A stretch of 44,265 bases of DNA, taken from IMG/VR virus record IMGVR_UViG_3300017700_000389, positions 1 to 44,265 of that record; one strand, 5' to 3'. The notes under the pieces were generated by a model. It did not search any database. It had not been told where the DNA came from and was given only the letters and a program-made list of their open reading frames with translations. This stretch comes from a virus (Duplodnaviria > Caudoviricetes). A program made the translations under genes and the position numbers. This document shows, in pieces, positions 26,312 through 35,812 of the stretch (positions are counted from its first letter, which is position 1; every line of letters begins with the position of its first letter).

Positions 26312-26343
26312 AGGGGCATGTTAACACCATTGCCCCTTCTTTT
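26312..26343 (+). terminator. Rho-independent terminator
   Basis: AGGGGCA...TGCCCCT stem followed by TCTTTT. Confidence 0.75.
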
Positions 26344-26357
26344 GGCACCACTTCCGA

Positions 26358-26371
26358 AGTGAGTACTCACT
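26358..26371. promoter_or_regulatory. Perfect 14-bp palindrome upstream of terS (operator or packaging-site element)
   Basis: AGTGAGTACTCACT, followed by G-rich tract GGGTGGGGAGGGG at 26411-26423. Confidence 0.45.
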
Positions 26372-26600
26372 CACAAGCAGCAGCACGAAGTGTGCACCAA
26401 CTAACTTGACGGGTGGGGAGGGGCCTTTTTGGTGGTGGATTCCTTTTCTTTCCTATAACATCCACCTCGTATTTCTAAAAATTTCCAAAACACCATCCAT
26501 CATTACTACCACTCCCACAGCATTCCTCTGTAGCAAGTAGCTGGGATCAGTGGTACCATGCATTCTACTATCAACAGTTTCACCGGAGTAATTCGCAGCT

Positions 26601-27263
26601 ATGGATACCGCACTAGCGAACACACTGCCAGACACGATTGCCAATGATCCCACAGTCATGAAACTGCTGGGACTTCTTGGCGCCGAAGTATCGCAAACTG
26701 CCGCCGCACTAGCCTGTGGTGTCAGTGATGGCTACGTCACACAGTTGCTGAAAGATCCAGAGTTTGTTCGTGCTCTTGGAAATGTCCGCTCCGTGAAAAT
26801 TGAAGCTGCTGTCAAACACGATGCGCAGATTGATAGTGTCGAAGCGAAGGCGCTGCAAGCAGTGGAGAATCGTCTGCCACTAGTGCGGAACGCATCCGAA
26901 GCAGCACGAATTTTTCAAATCCTCAATGCTAGCAAACGCCACGCAACTGCTGGCAGTAACACTGCAGCTCCCGGGGCACAGCAAGTCAACATCGTACTCC
27001 CACGAGCAGCATCCGTTCACATCAGTATGAACTCCCAGAACCAAGTCATTGAAGTGGAAGGGAAAACCATGGCAACACTACCAAGCCGTTCACTCCCAGG
27101 ACTCGCAACAGATGTGGCCGCCAAGACAACGACAGCGAAGGAAGTACTGAAAGCTGCAACCCTTGCAAGTGCTGCGAAAAAGGATACTGAGAAGGCCTCA
27201 CAACTTCTGGGCAATCTCGATCCACTAGTGACAATGATCGGCGGAGTTCAACGAGTTCTATGA
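26601..27263 (+). CDS. terS: Terminase small subunit (HTH)
   Basis: HTH QTAAALACGVSDGYVTQLL; ATGA-coupled directly upstream of TerL. Confidence 0.75.
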   Translation: MDTALANTLPDTIANDPTVMKLLGLLGAEVSQTAAALACGVSDGYVTQLLKDPEFVRALGNVRSVKIEAAVKHDAQIDSVEAKALQAVENRLPLVRNASEAARIFQILNASKRHATAGSNTAAPGAQQVNIVLPRAASVHISMNSQNQVIEVEGKTMATLPSRSLPGLATDVAAKTTTAKEVLKAATLASAAKKDTEKASQLLGNLDPLVTMIGGVQRVL

Positions 27264-28816
27264 GCGACACTACGGAAGAAGTACCATCGCAGATCGAAGC
27301 TTTGGCGGCGGAAGTTTTTGGTAGTTCCGACCCTTCCAACATCCTAGATGTAACCGCTTCTCGCGAAGAATTAACGGACGCTGCTCGCAGTAGTCTTGAC
27401 TTCCTCGCTGCTCTCATTCTTACGGAGATTTACGAATATGGCTATCCGCCGCTCCTCCAAGCAATCTGGCAACTTATCACGGCGGAAGCAGCGAACGGTA
27501 AAGGAAAGCCAAAGTATGCGCTCGGCATTCCTCGCGGGTTCTCCAAAACGGTGGTTCTCAAACTCTACGTTACGTGGCTTGTTCTCTTCAGTAACAGGCG
27601 TTTTATCCTCGTGGTCTGTAATACAGCGAAACTCGCAGAGAACTTTCTCTCGGACGTTACGGACATGCTCAATAATATCAACATCAAAAACATCTTCGGA
27701 GCATGGAACGCAGAATGTGAGCAAGACACCTTAGCATTCAAGAAGTTCCATTTCCGTGGTCGTGATATTGTTTTGGCGGCTCTCGGTGCTGGTAGTTCCT
27801 TGCGCGGCTTGAATTTGAAATTCGTACGTCCTGATGTTGTCGTGATGGATGATATGCAAAACAGAGACGAAGCAGCGAACCCAGAAATAGCGAAAGAACT
27901 CCTGGTGTGGATGCTAGGAACACTGATGAAAGCTTGTCATCCTCATCGATGCATTTTCATCTTCGTAGGAAATATGTATCCCTTTGAGGGAAGTATCCTG
28001 CGGAAACTCAAGCATTCTGCTGAGTGGGTCAGTTTCATTACTGGCGCCATCAACGCTAATGGTGAGAGCATTTGGCCAGAGCATCGTAGTCTCGAGGATT
28101 TGTTGGCAGAATTACAGTCGGATACCGACATGGGACATCCGGAAATCTTTTTCTCCGAGGTAATGAATGATGAAGAATCTGGAACAGTATCGGGAATTGA
28201 TGTATCAAAGATTCCTGGATGCCCAGCGCATCTCGATGATATCTCTGCGCAAGGTGGGTGTATTATCATTGACCCAGCCCTTGGAAAGAAGAAGGGCGAT
28301 GATATTGGCATTGGAGCATTCCTACTCTATGATGGTATCCCAGTCTTCCGTGAATGCATCAGCAAGAAGCTTGATCCAGGACAAACCATCCAGCAGGCCA
28401 CATTCCTGGCAGTTAAGTATTCCATGCAACTGATAATTTGTGAGGGCGGTGCGTACCAAGCTACTCTCATTTATTGGTTCAATCAGGTCTATGCGCAACT
28501 TGGTGTCACTGGCATCAACGTTGGTGAGATCACTACTGGTGGCGTGCAGAAGAACTCTCGCATTCGCGATGGCCTCAAACTCCTGCTCAGTGGCAAGATC
28601 TTCCTCCACAAGGATGTTCGTTCCGCAGTAATCTACCAGATCACCCAATGGAATCCTTTGAAGACTACTAATAAGGATGAACTGTTGGATCTAATAGCGT
28701 ACATCTACAAAGCAATGGAAATGTACCCTGACTGGATGCCTTTATTGATTTCCGAGCAGGTTGTTGATAATATGCCAGAATCGTCTCACACACACTCGTT
28801 AGCATTACCCTTCTAG
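27260..28816 (+). CDS. terL: Terminase large subunit
   Basis: Walker A GIPRGFSKT, LRG, Walker B VVVMDD, coupling motif VGN, RNase H-like IIIDPA and DELLD. Confidence 0.93.
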   Translation: MSDTTEEVPSQIEALAAEVFGSSDPSNILDVTASREELTDAARSSLDFLAALILTEIYEYGYPPLLQAIWQLITAEAANGKGKPKYALGIPRGFSKTVVLKLYVTWLVLFSNRRFILVVCNTAKLAENFLSDVTDMLNNINIKNIFGAWNAECEQDTLAFKKFHFRGRDIVLAALGAGSSLRGLNLKFVRPDVVVMDDMQNRDEAANPEIAKELLVWMLGTLMKACHPHRCIFIFVGNMYPFEGSILRKLKHSAEWVSFITGAINANGESIWPEHRSLEDLLAELQSDTDMGHPEIFFSEVMNDEESGTVSGIDVSKIPGCPAHLDDISAQGGCIIIDPALGKKKGDDIGIGAFLLYDGIPVFRECISKKLDPGQTIQQATFLAVKYSMQLIICEGGAYQATLIYWFNQVYAQLGVTGINVGEITTGGVQKNSRIRDGLKLLLSGKIFLHKDVRSAVIYQITQWNPLKTTNKDELLDLIAYIYKAMEMYPDWMPLLISEQVVDNMPESSHTHSLALPF

Positions 28817-28825
28817 GAATAACAA

Positions 28826-30739
28826 ATGGCCACAGCAGCAACACCACTTCCACTATCAGTAGATGCGCAGGCGTCTGTTGTTAAGTATGTGCAATCTGCT
28901 CTGTCGCTGTACGCGACAAGTTACAACATCCGTTCGCAGATGGAACTGCGGGATCGTGCGTACTATCGTGAGCAGGATTCATCTGGCGCTCAGCAGAAAG
29001 CATCCCAAGCAAACAACTCAGGCGATCCAACGAAGTTGCAGAACGTCACAGTTCCTGTGGTCATGCCACAAGTGGAAACAGCACTCGCTGATCTCACTGA
29101 GACGTTCCTGACAGGATATCCTATTTTCGCTACTGTTACGCCTCCGGAACTGGCAGATGCTGGCACCATGATGGATACCATTATTGGTGAGAACAGTACT
29201 CGCTGTGGTTGGCCTGCAGAACTGGCAATGACAATGCGGGAAGGTCTCAAGTATGACCTAGGCGCAGTAGAAGTAACCTGGCAGAAGAAAAAGATCTTCG
29301 CTATCACGACGCCTGAGAATGTCGCAGTTTCGAAGAATGGTAACGTCGATGAAACGTACTATGAGGGAAACTTCATTACTCGTCTCGATCCGTACAACCT
29401 GATCCTTGACACACGTGTCAGTCCTGAGAAGAATCACCTTGAAGGTGAGTTTGCAGGATACTCGGAACTGGTGTCCCGCATCGCGATGAAGAAACGCATG
29501 GAGGATCTTCCTGCTCTTGGAACCATGAACTTCAAGGCCGCGTTTGAAACTCCTGGCATTGCTGCTAATTACGTCAGTGATTCCAATGCTGCGTTTTACA
29601 TTCCTCAGATCAATCCTGGTGCTCTTTTGCCAATCGCTGATCGCTACCAGCACAACTGGTTGGCCTGGGCAAATCTCTCGCCAGTAGAAGCTGCTAGCAA
29701 GGAGAACACACAGGACTCCTATCAGTGGACAGTGATGTACTGCCGCATTCTGCCAAGCGATTTCAAGATGCAAGTCAAGAACCGCAATCACGTGCAGATT
29801 TGGAAGTTTATTGTTATCAACAATAGCACTGTCATTTTTGCTGAGCGCCAGACCAACGCACACAACTACCTGCCAATCATTGTCTGCAAACCATCAGCAG
29901 ATGGCATGTCGTGGCAGTCTAAGAGTTTCGCTGAGAATGTGATTCCTAGCCAACAAGCTGCTACCAGTCTCATGAACTCAGGACTGGAATCTCAGCGACG
30001 CAAAGTCTACGATCGTATCTTCTACGATGCCAGCCGCATTAACAAGAAGGACATTGATGTTGTCTCTTCTGTTGCGCGCATCGCAGTTAAGAACTCCGGC
30101 TATGGCAAACCCATCAGCGAAGCAATCTATCAAGTTCCCTACCGGGATGATGGTGTTGCTGAAATCTTCCAGACTTCTCAGTCTGTAGCGCAGATGGGTG
30201 ACATTATCAATGGCCAGAATCGTGTGTCCCAAGGACAGTTCCAGAAAGGAAACAAGACGCGCGCGGAGTTCGATACTACTATGGGGAATGCAAACTCCCG
30301 GGGTCGCCTCCGCGCCTTGAATCTGGAATACACTTTCTTCGTGCCAATCAAGGAGATTGTGAAGAGCAACATCCTCCAGTATCAGTCTCCTATTACTCTC
30401 ACCAACTCGGATACCAAGAAGCAGGTGGAAGTTGACCCAGAAGCACTGCGGAAAGCAAATCTGTCCTTCGCACTTTCTGATGGTTACCTGCCTGCTGACA
30501 AGATGGTCAGTGGTGATCAGATGGCAGTTGTGTTCCAAGCAGCTTCTGCTATTCCTGCCATTGCTGCTGAGTACGATCTCATGGGAATGTTTGCATATTC
30601 CATGAAACTGAAGGGTGCTCGCTGGCTCAATGATTTCAAACGTACTCCTGCGCAAACTACGCAGTACATGCAAACCATGCAACAAGCTGGCACAGCAGCA
30701 GGAACACCACCAGCAGTTCCCAACACCACCCCCAACTAA
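28826..30739 (+). CDS. Portal protein
   Basis: 637 aa directly after TerL; VVMPQVE, LDPYNLILD and GNKTRAEF segments typical of podoviral portals. Confidence 0.85.
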   Translation: MATAATPLPLSVDAQASVVKYVQSALSLYATSYNIRSQMELRDRAYYREQDSSGAQQKASQANNSGDPTKLQNVTVPVVMPQVETALADLTETFLTGYPIFATVTPPELADAGTMMDTIIGENSTRCGWPAELAMTMREGLKYDLGAVEVTWQKKKIFAITTPENVAVSKNGNVDETYYEGNFITRLDPYNLILDTRVSPEKNHLEGEFAGYSELVSRIAMKKRMEDLPALGTMNFKAAFETPGIAANYVSDSNAAFYIPQINPGALLPIADRYQHNWLAWANLSPVEAASKENTQDSYQWTVMYCRILPSDFKMQVKNRNHVQIWKFIVINNSTVIFAERQTNAHNYLPIIVCKPSADGMSWQSKSFAENVIPSQQAATSLMNSGLESQRRKVYDRIFYDASRINKKDIDVVSSVARIAVKNSGYGKPISEAIYQVPYRDDGVAEIFQTSQSVAQMGDIINGQNRVSQGQFQKGNKTRAEFDTTMGNANSRGRLRALNLEYTFFVPIKEIVKSNILQYQSPITLTNSDTKKQVEVDPEALRKANLSFALSDGYLPADKMVSGDQMAVVFQAASAIPAIAAEYDLMGMFAYSMKLKGARWLNDFKRTPAQTTQYMQTMQQAGTAAGTPPAVPNTTPN

Positions 30740-30750
30740 GAAAGCAAAAC

Positions 30751-31047
30751 ATGCTACAACCTGACACCAACATCCCTTTTGGAAAGTTCCATTTCACTGA
30801 AGAGGAACTGATGCGAGGGAAGATGCTCTCTGTAGAAACTATGGCGTACTTCAAGCACGCTGCTACGGAGATTGCAGAATCCATGCTGGCTACCAAGTTC
30901 TCCCCCAATCTGGAGGATCGAGAAGCTCAGATCCAAGAATTCGTGTTTCGGCAGGCTCAGTATGAGTTTCTGCTGACAGCACTCAGCGACAGTGGCGATG
31001 TTTACAACGCCCTCAAAGCATCAGAGTCCTCTGATAATCAAGAGTAA
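30751..31047 (+). CDS. Small helical protein between portal and scaffold
   Basis: 98 aa ORF in a position conserved in podovirus head modules. Confidence 0.75.
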   Translation: MLQPDTNIPFGKFHFTEEELMRGKMLSVETMAYFKHAATEIAESMLATKFSPNLEDREAQIQEFVFRQAQYEFLLTALSDSGDVYNALKASESSDNQE

Positions 31048-31073
31048 GTTCAACCCCTCCTTGGAGAATAACC

Positions 31074-31817
31074 ATGTCTTTCCTTTCCAGCATCTTCCCT
31101 CCCTCTTCTGGTACTCCCGCTAATGGTGCGGGTGCTGCTCCGGGCGCCGCTCCTGCTGCTGCTCCGGCGGTTGCTGCAGTTACTACTCCTGCAGTTGCTG
31201 CTACCGTGGTAGAACCGGCTGCTCCCGCTTCCCCGCTTGATGAATTCACCAAGCTGTGGCAACCTGTAACTGGTGCGGACGGAAAACCAATTGCTCCTGC
31301 TGGTAACACACTTGCGGAGCCAGTCTTTAATTTCGATCCTGCAAAAGTTCGTGAGTCTGCCGCAAAGATGGATTTCGCTGCTGGCATTCCACCAGAAATG
31401 ATGACAAAAGCGTTGGCTGGTGATGCTGCTAGTATGGCAGCGGCTATTAACCACGCAGTGCAACAAGCAGTAGTTGGGATGACACTCAACACTGGTAATC
31501 TAATCAACCAAGCTGTGGTGGCAAACAACGATCGCGTGACTGCGAGTTTGCCAACACACATCAAACGTGTACAGCTCCAAGACATTCCGAATGACAATCC
31601 GGTACTGTCTCACCCTGCTGTGCAACCACTTGTGGAAACTCTGAAGCGTGCTGCTTTCGAGAAAGATCCACGCGCCAATCCTGCCGAAGTAGCAGCCAGC
31701 ATCAACAGTTACCTGATGGGCCTGGGTGTAGCACTGGCAGACACAACCCCAGCCGCAGTTGCAGCGAAAGCTAAAGTTACTGCTGGTGAACAAGATTGGT
31801 CCTCTTTCCTTCCCTAA
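31074..31817 (+). CDS. Putative capsid scaffolding protein
   Basis: Pro/Ala-rich disordered N-terminus, helical body, upstream of capsid genes; GGAG RBS. Confidence 0.7.
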   Translation: MSFLSSIFPPSSGTPANGAGAAPGAAPAAAPAVAAVTTPAVAATVVEPAAPASPLDEFTKLWQPVTGADGKPIAPAGNTLAEPVFNFDPAKVRESAAKMDFAAGIPPEMMTKALAGDAASMAAAINHAVQQAVVGMTLNTGNLINQAVVANNDRVTASLPTHIKRVQLQDIPNDNPVLSHPAVQPLVETLKRAAFEKDPRANPAEVAASINSYLMGLGVALADTTPAAVAAKAKVTAGEQDWSSFLP

Positions 31818-31856
31818 TTGATTCGTTTTACTTCCTTCCACTCTTAGGAGAATTTT

Positions 31857-32492
31857 ATGCTTGGAAAACCTCATCTGGATAACGGCGGCAATGCTGTCCG
31901 TATTCAGGGCCCTGGTGATACCATTATGGATCAGACAGCGATCTTCCCGATCACTACTGCCGGTTCTGGTATCCTCTCTGCTGCTGGTATGAACAGTGGT
32001 ATCATTGAACGTACCGGCCCTGGCGCTGGTTACGCGGACGTGCTGGACACTGCTGACGTGCTGATGTCTGTTCTGCAGAACGTCTCGCCTGGTGACAGTT
32101 TCGAGTTTTTGTTCCGCAACACTGTTGCGTTTGCAAATACCGTTGCTGTTTCTGAAGGCGCTGAACTTGCTGGTGCCAATACCGCTGTTGCTGCCAGCAC
32201 CGTTCGTCGTTACTTGGTGACCATTCTTGCTACTGCGCGGCGTCAGTCGTTCTTGGCAAACACCACCAACGCGTCTGCTGTTATCAGCGGCCTGACCCAA
32301 GCGCAAGCACAAACGCTGCAGCCTGGTATGGGCATTACTGGTACCAACATTCCTGCTGCCACCACTGTGCTGTCCGTGAACTCTGTTTCCGGTACTGTCA
32401 CTATCAGCGCCAATGCTACTGGCACTGCTGCGAACGCTATGACGTTCTTCCCTCGTTACAACATCCGTGGCTTGGCCTCGATGACGCTGTAA
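31857..32492 (+). CDS. Putative capsid decoration or auxiliary head protein
   Basis: Beta-rich Thr/Ala/Gly protein between scaffold and capsid; AGGAG RBS. Confidence 0.6.
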   Translation: MLGKPHLDNGGNAVRIQGPGDTIMDQTAIFPITTAGSGILSAAGMNSGIIERTGPGAGYADVLDTADVLMSVLQNVSPGDSFEFLFRNTVAFANTVAVSEGAELAGANTAVAASTVRRYLVTILATARRQSFLANTTNASAVISGLTQAQAQTLQPGMGITGTNIPAATTVLSVNSVSGTVTISANATGTAANAMTFFPRYNIRGLASMTL

Positions 32493-32536
32493 TTCGTCAA
32501 CCTGCAAAGAATCAGCTTAACTCTAGGAGAAATCTC

Positions 32537-33745
32537 ATGGCTGTTGGTGTTTTCAATACTGCGGTAATTCCGCAAGATCTGGCGAAGAAATCGTTCTCCG
32601 CTATGATTACTCGGCTGATGCCTAACGGCTCAGCACCTCTGTTTGGTTTGACAGCACTTCTGAAGGAAGAAACTGCTTACCAAATTGAACACGGGTTCTA
32701 CAGCAAAACCATGCTGTTCCCGTCCATGCAACTGACAGCGATTGCTGCTATCGGTGACACTGTTTTCAACGTGGCCTCCACTACCAACATCCTGCCCGGT
32801 ATGTTGATTCGTGCTGACACGACCAATGAAAACATCTTGGTTACCGGCATCGTCAGTCCCACGCAAGTTGCTGTTCAGCGCGGCATCGGCTCTGTTGCTC
32901 AGGCGGCCATCGCCTCCACTACCAACCTGTGGATGGTGGGCAATGCGTACGAAGAATCTTCTCTCCGTCCGCAGTCTCTGATCATCGTGCCTCAGCGTGT
33001 TACCAACTACACGCAGATTTTCCGTAACACCTGGGCTGTGTCGGAAACCACTCGTGCCACGATGCTGATCGCCGGTGATACTGCTGTCGCAGAATCCAAG
33101 CAGGACTGCGCTGCGTTCCACGCTGTTGATATCGAGAAGTCCTTCTTCTTCGGCCAACGCTTCTTCGGTACTCGCAATGGTCAACCCTTCCACACCATGG
33201 ACGGCGTTATCAACAGCGTTACTCAGAACGTTCCTGGCAACATCAGCACACTGGCTGGTACTACCAACTACACGCAACTGGAAGCTGCTCTCGATCCCGT
33301 GTTCAATCAGGTAACTGATCCCAAGAGCATTGGCGAACGCATCCTGTTCTGTGGTGGTTTCGCTCGGCGCGTGATGCACCAGATCTTCCGTTTGAATGGT
33401 ACGTACTTCATCGAAGACGGCCAAACTTCCTGGGGTCTGCAGTTCGACAGTTTCAAGATTCCTCGTGGTCGCTTCACTATCATTGAGCATCCTCTGTTCA
33501 ATGCTTATGGCCAAGCTTCTACCTGGGCCAAGATGGCTGTTGCTCTGGATTTGTCCACGTTCAATTCTGCGTACATGACTGGTCGCAAGACTGTCAACAA
33601 AGAATTCAACATGGATGGTGGTGCTGCTCAGGACAATGGTGTTGATGCTGTGGGTGGTACTCTTACCAGCGAGCTGACTTGCTTGGTGAAGAATCCTGCG
33701 GCTGATGCCATCCTGTATAACTTCACGGCAGGCATCGCCGGCTAA
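32537..33745 (+). CDS. Major capsid protein (DUF5309/SU10-like HK97 fold)
   Basis: NYTQIFRNT, DIEKSFFFG, TMDG, IEHPLFN, ELTCLVKNP; strong RBS; followed by a terminator. Confidence 0.9.
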   Translation: MAVGVFNTAVIPQDLAKKSFSAMITRLMPNGSAPLFGLTALLKEETAYQIEHGFYSKTMLFPSMQLTAIAAIGDTVFNVASTTNILPGMLIRADTTNENILVTGIVSPTQVAVQRGIGSVAQAAIASTTNLWMVGNAYEESSLRPQSLIIVPQRVTNYTQIFRNTWAVSETTRATMLIAGDTAVAESKQDCAAFHAVDIEKSFFFGQRFFGTRNGQPFHTMDGVINSVTQNVPGNISTLAGTTNYTQLEAALDPVFNQVTDPKSIGERILFCGGFARRVMHQIFRLNGTYFIEDGQTSWGLQFDSFKIPRGRFTIIEHPLFNAYGQASTWAKMAVALDLSTFNSAYMTGRKTVNKEFNMDGGAAQDNGVDAVGGTLTSELTCLVKNPAADAILYNFTAGIAG

Positions 33746-33782
33746 GTTCCAAGGGGTTGTAGCAACTAGGTTGCTGCTTTAT

Positions 33783-33815
33783 GCTGGGAGTTTGGAAACA
33801 TTCTCCCAGCTTTTT
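33783..33815 (+). terminator. Rho-independent terminator after the capsid gene
   Basis: GCTGGGAG...CTCCCAGC followed by TTTTT; preceded by a second hairpin GTAGCAAC/GTTGCTGC at 33759-33777. Confidence 0.85.
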
Positions 33816-33850
33816 GGTTAGTTCAAACTGTTATCAACTGGAGAATCAAA

Positions 33851-34264
33851 ATGGGAAGTCGTACTTTCAAACATCTGACTGCTGGATCGAACACGATCAT
33901 GCCTACCGGCAAAGTCCTGACCTTTGGTGGCCGTCCTGGTGGTGTGGGCTTTTACACCACGGAAGATGAAGATGAAATCAAGCACATGTTGCAACTGGTG
34001 AAATCGCCAACTGCGCCGGTGGAAGAAGAAGTCGCAGCAGTGGCAGAAGCTGCTACTGAAACCATCGCTACTGCCGTGTTGACGAAACCAGCAGATCCTG
34101 CCCTGCAAGAAGCTGTGAAAGATGCTGCTGCTTCGGCGGAAAAAGCTGCTGATCCTCACGTGGTTGCTGCGCAAGAAACTCTGAACAAGTTGATTGCCAA
34201 GAACGGTACGGCCACTGTTGCTGCGCAGGCGGCTCCTGCCAACAACCCTGCTCCCACTCCGTAA
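33851..34264 (+). CDS. Hypothetical head-associated protein
   Basis: GGAG RBS; G.YTTED motif plus Ala-rich tail; followed by a GCAA-capped hairpin at 34283-34300. Confidence 0.75.
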   Translation: MGSRTFKHLTAGSNTIMPTGKVLTFGGRPGGVGFYTTEDEDEIKHMLQLVKSPTAPVEEEVAAVAEAATETIATAVLTKPADPALQEAVKDAAASAEKAADPHVVAAQETLNKLIAKNGTATVAAQAAPANNPAPTP

Positions 34265-34314
34265 GTTTCAGCAACAAGATGTGGCCTTAGCAATAGGGCC
34301 CATTGGAGAATTTA

Positions 34315-34923
34315 ATGGCTACTGACCTCTACAACACAATCTACGAAGACGTAGTAACTCTCACAAATCGTCCTGATTTGGCAGGAGAAACTGCTGTTGC
34401 CGTACGAACTGCTACGATAAGTGTGCACAATAGTGCTGCTTATCCTCGCGACGTAGAGACTGTTCCCATTAAATTGCCCAATCCTGCATACATTGTTGGT
34501 ATTGACGCACAAGTGTCACTCCCACGACTGCGAGGGCTCAGCCAAGTAGTGGGTCTTGATGTTGATTTCAACGTGATTGAAACATTGGAAATTGAAATCG
34601 TGGAACTGGGGGATACTAAGGACCCTGAGTACCATACTTGGAAGAATAACATTGCGTACTTAGCAGGAACTGCTGTCAACATCCGCACTTCCATGCCAGT
34701 TTACGGCTACGTCATCGACTATTTTATGACTCCGCAAGTTCGGCCTGAGTTGTACGGATCCTGGATTGCACAACTGATGCCAGACCCCATTGTCTACATG
34801 GCAGCAAGCATTGTGCTTTCCACCAATGGCAATGAAGACAAAGCCAAGAGTTACATGGCGTTCTACCAGAATGTCTTGAAACCCCAACTTGATTCCAGCT
34901 ACCTCACATCCATCATTCGCTAG
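34315..34923 (+). CDS. Putative head-to-tail adaptor (tail tubular protein A-like)
   Basis: ATG at 34315 with GGAG RBS; LTNRPDL N-terminus and SWIA..P..IVY.AA C-terminus; size and position. Confidence 0.7.
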   Translation: MATDLYNTIYEDVVTLTNRPDLAGETAVAVRTATISVHNSAAYPRDVETVPIKLPNPAYIVGIDAQVSLPRLRGLSQVVGLDVDFNVIETLEIEIVELGDTKDPEYHTWKNNIAYLAGTAVNIRTSMPVYGYVIDYFMTPQVRPELYGSWIAQLMPDPIVYMAASIVLSTNGNEDKAKSYMAFYQNVLKPQLDSSYLTSIIR

Positions 34924-34931
34924 GAGTAATC

Positions 34932-35627
34932 ATGTTCTCAATCTGGGGAAATCAAAACAACGAAGCTTATATGCTTCCCATGGTGAAACTGACACCGACA
35001 CTGCCAGACTCGCAAAACTACATGCTGGGTTGGAACACTGTTAGTCAGGGGCTGGATTACTTCCCAGTAGCCTACAATCCAACCACAGGCAGCCTCAGCA
35101 TTGTGGCAAATTCTGCTGTTCCTGTGGCACTAGCTAATGCTCCACTCTCTATCACTGGCAGTGTCAATGGCTTCTTGCAACTGGCCATTCGCAATGCATT
35201 GGCCGGTGCCAGTGCTAGTAGCGATGTGGTTGCAGGGAGTGACACCAGCACGGATACCACCAACTTCGTAGACATGGGCATTAACAGTTCCGTGTTTGCA
35301 GACGCCACTTGGACCATCAATGGTGCCAATGATTCCTACTTGTATGCCATGAGTGGAGTCCTAAGTATCGGCACAGCCAGCGCCAAGGAACTGAACTTCT
35401 TCACGGGTGGCACTCTCCTTGCCAACAAGCGTCTTGCCATTGATACGCTGGGGAACTTCCTCACCAATGGTATGGCCGCAGCAACTTCTGCTCAGAAGGC
35501 TCTCCACCTTGCCAATGCCGTGATTCCTACTGCCAATCCTGTTGGTGGTGGCGTCTTGTACGTGGAAGCTGGTGCCCTCAAGTATCGCGGCAGTGGTGGA
35601 ACAATTACAACTGTGGGAGTGGCGTAA
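34932..35627 (+). CDS. Tail fibre/spike-like structural protein
   Basis: Beta-strand repeats (LSIGT, FFTGG, RLAIDTLGN) and C-terminal GGGVLYVEAGALKYRGSGGTIT. Confidence 0.65.
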   Translation: MFSIWGNQNNEAYMLPMVKLTPTLPDSQNYMLGWNTVSQGLDYFPVAYNPTTGSLSIVANSAVPVALANAPLSITGSVNGFLQLAIRNALAGASASSDVVAGSDTSTDTTNFVDMGINSSVFADATWTINGANDSYLYAMSGVLSIGTASAKELNFFTGGTLLANKRLAIDTLGNFLTNGMAAATSAQKALHLANAVIPTANPVGGGVLYVEAGALKYRGSGGTITTVGVA

Positions 35628-35812
35628 TGCAAGAAGCAATCAATCTACCAGACGAAGAAGTCGAACTGCAATTTTCATTGACTGCAAAGGAAGCAACTCT
35701 TGTTGTTAACGCGCTTGCTCAATTGCAATTTGTGCTGGTTGCTGGTCTAATTGGTAAATTGCAGTCGCAAGCTGCATCCCAGAAACCAGCTCCTACGGGA
35801 GACCAACAATGA
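35627..35812 (+). CDS. Small protein, possible fibre assembly chaperone
   Basis: TAATG coupling; LT..EA..V..AL..L....V..LI.KL..QA pattern common after fibre genes. Confidence 0.6.
   Translation: MQEAINLPDEEVELQFSLTAKEATLVVNALAQLQFVLVAGLIGKLQSQAASQKPAPTGDQQ

Noticed and set aside
26411-26438. G-quadruplex in the G-rich tract
   Set aside because: Only three runs of three or more G
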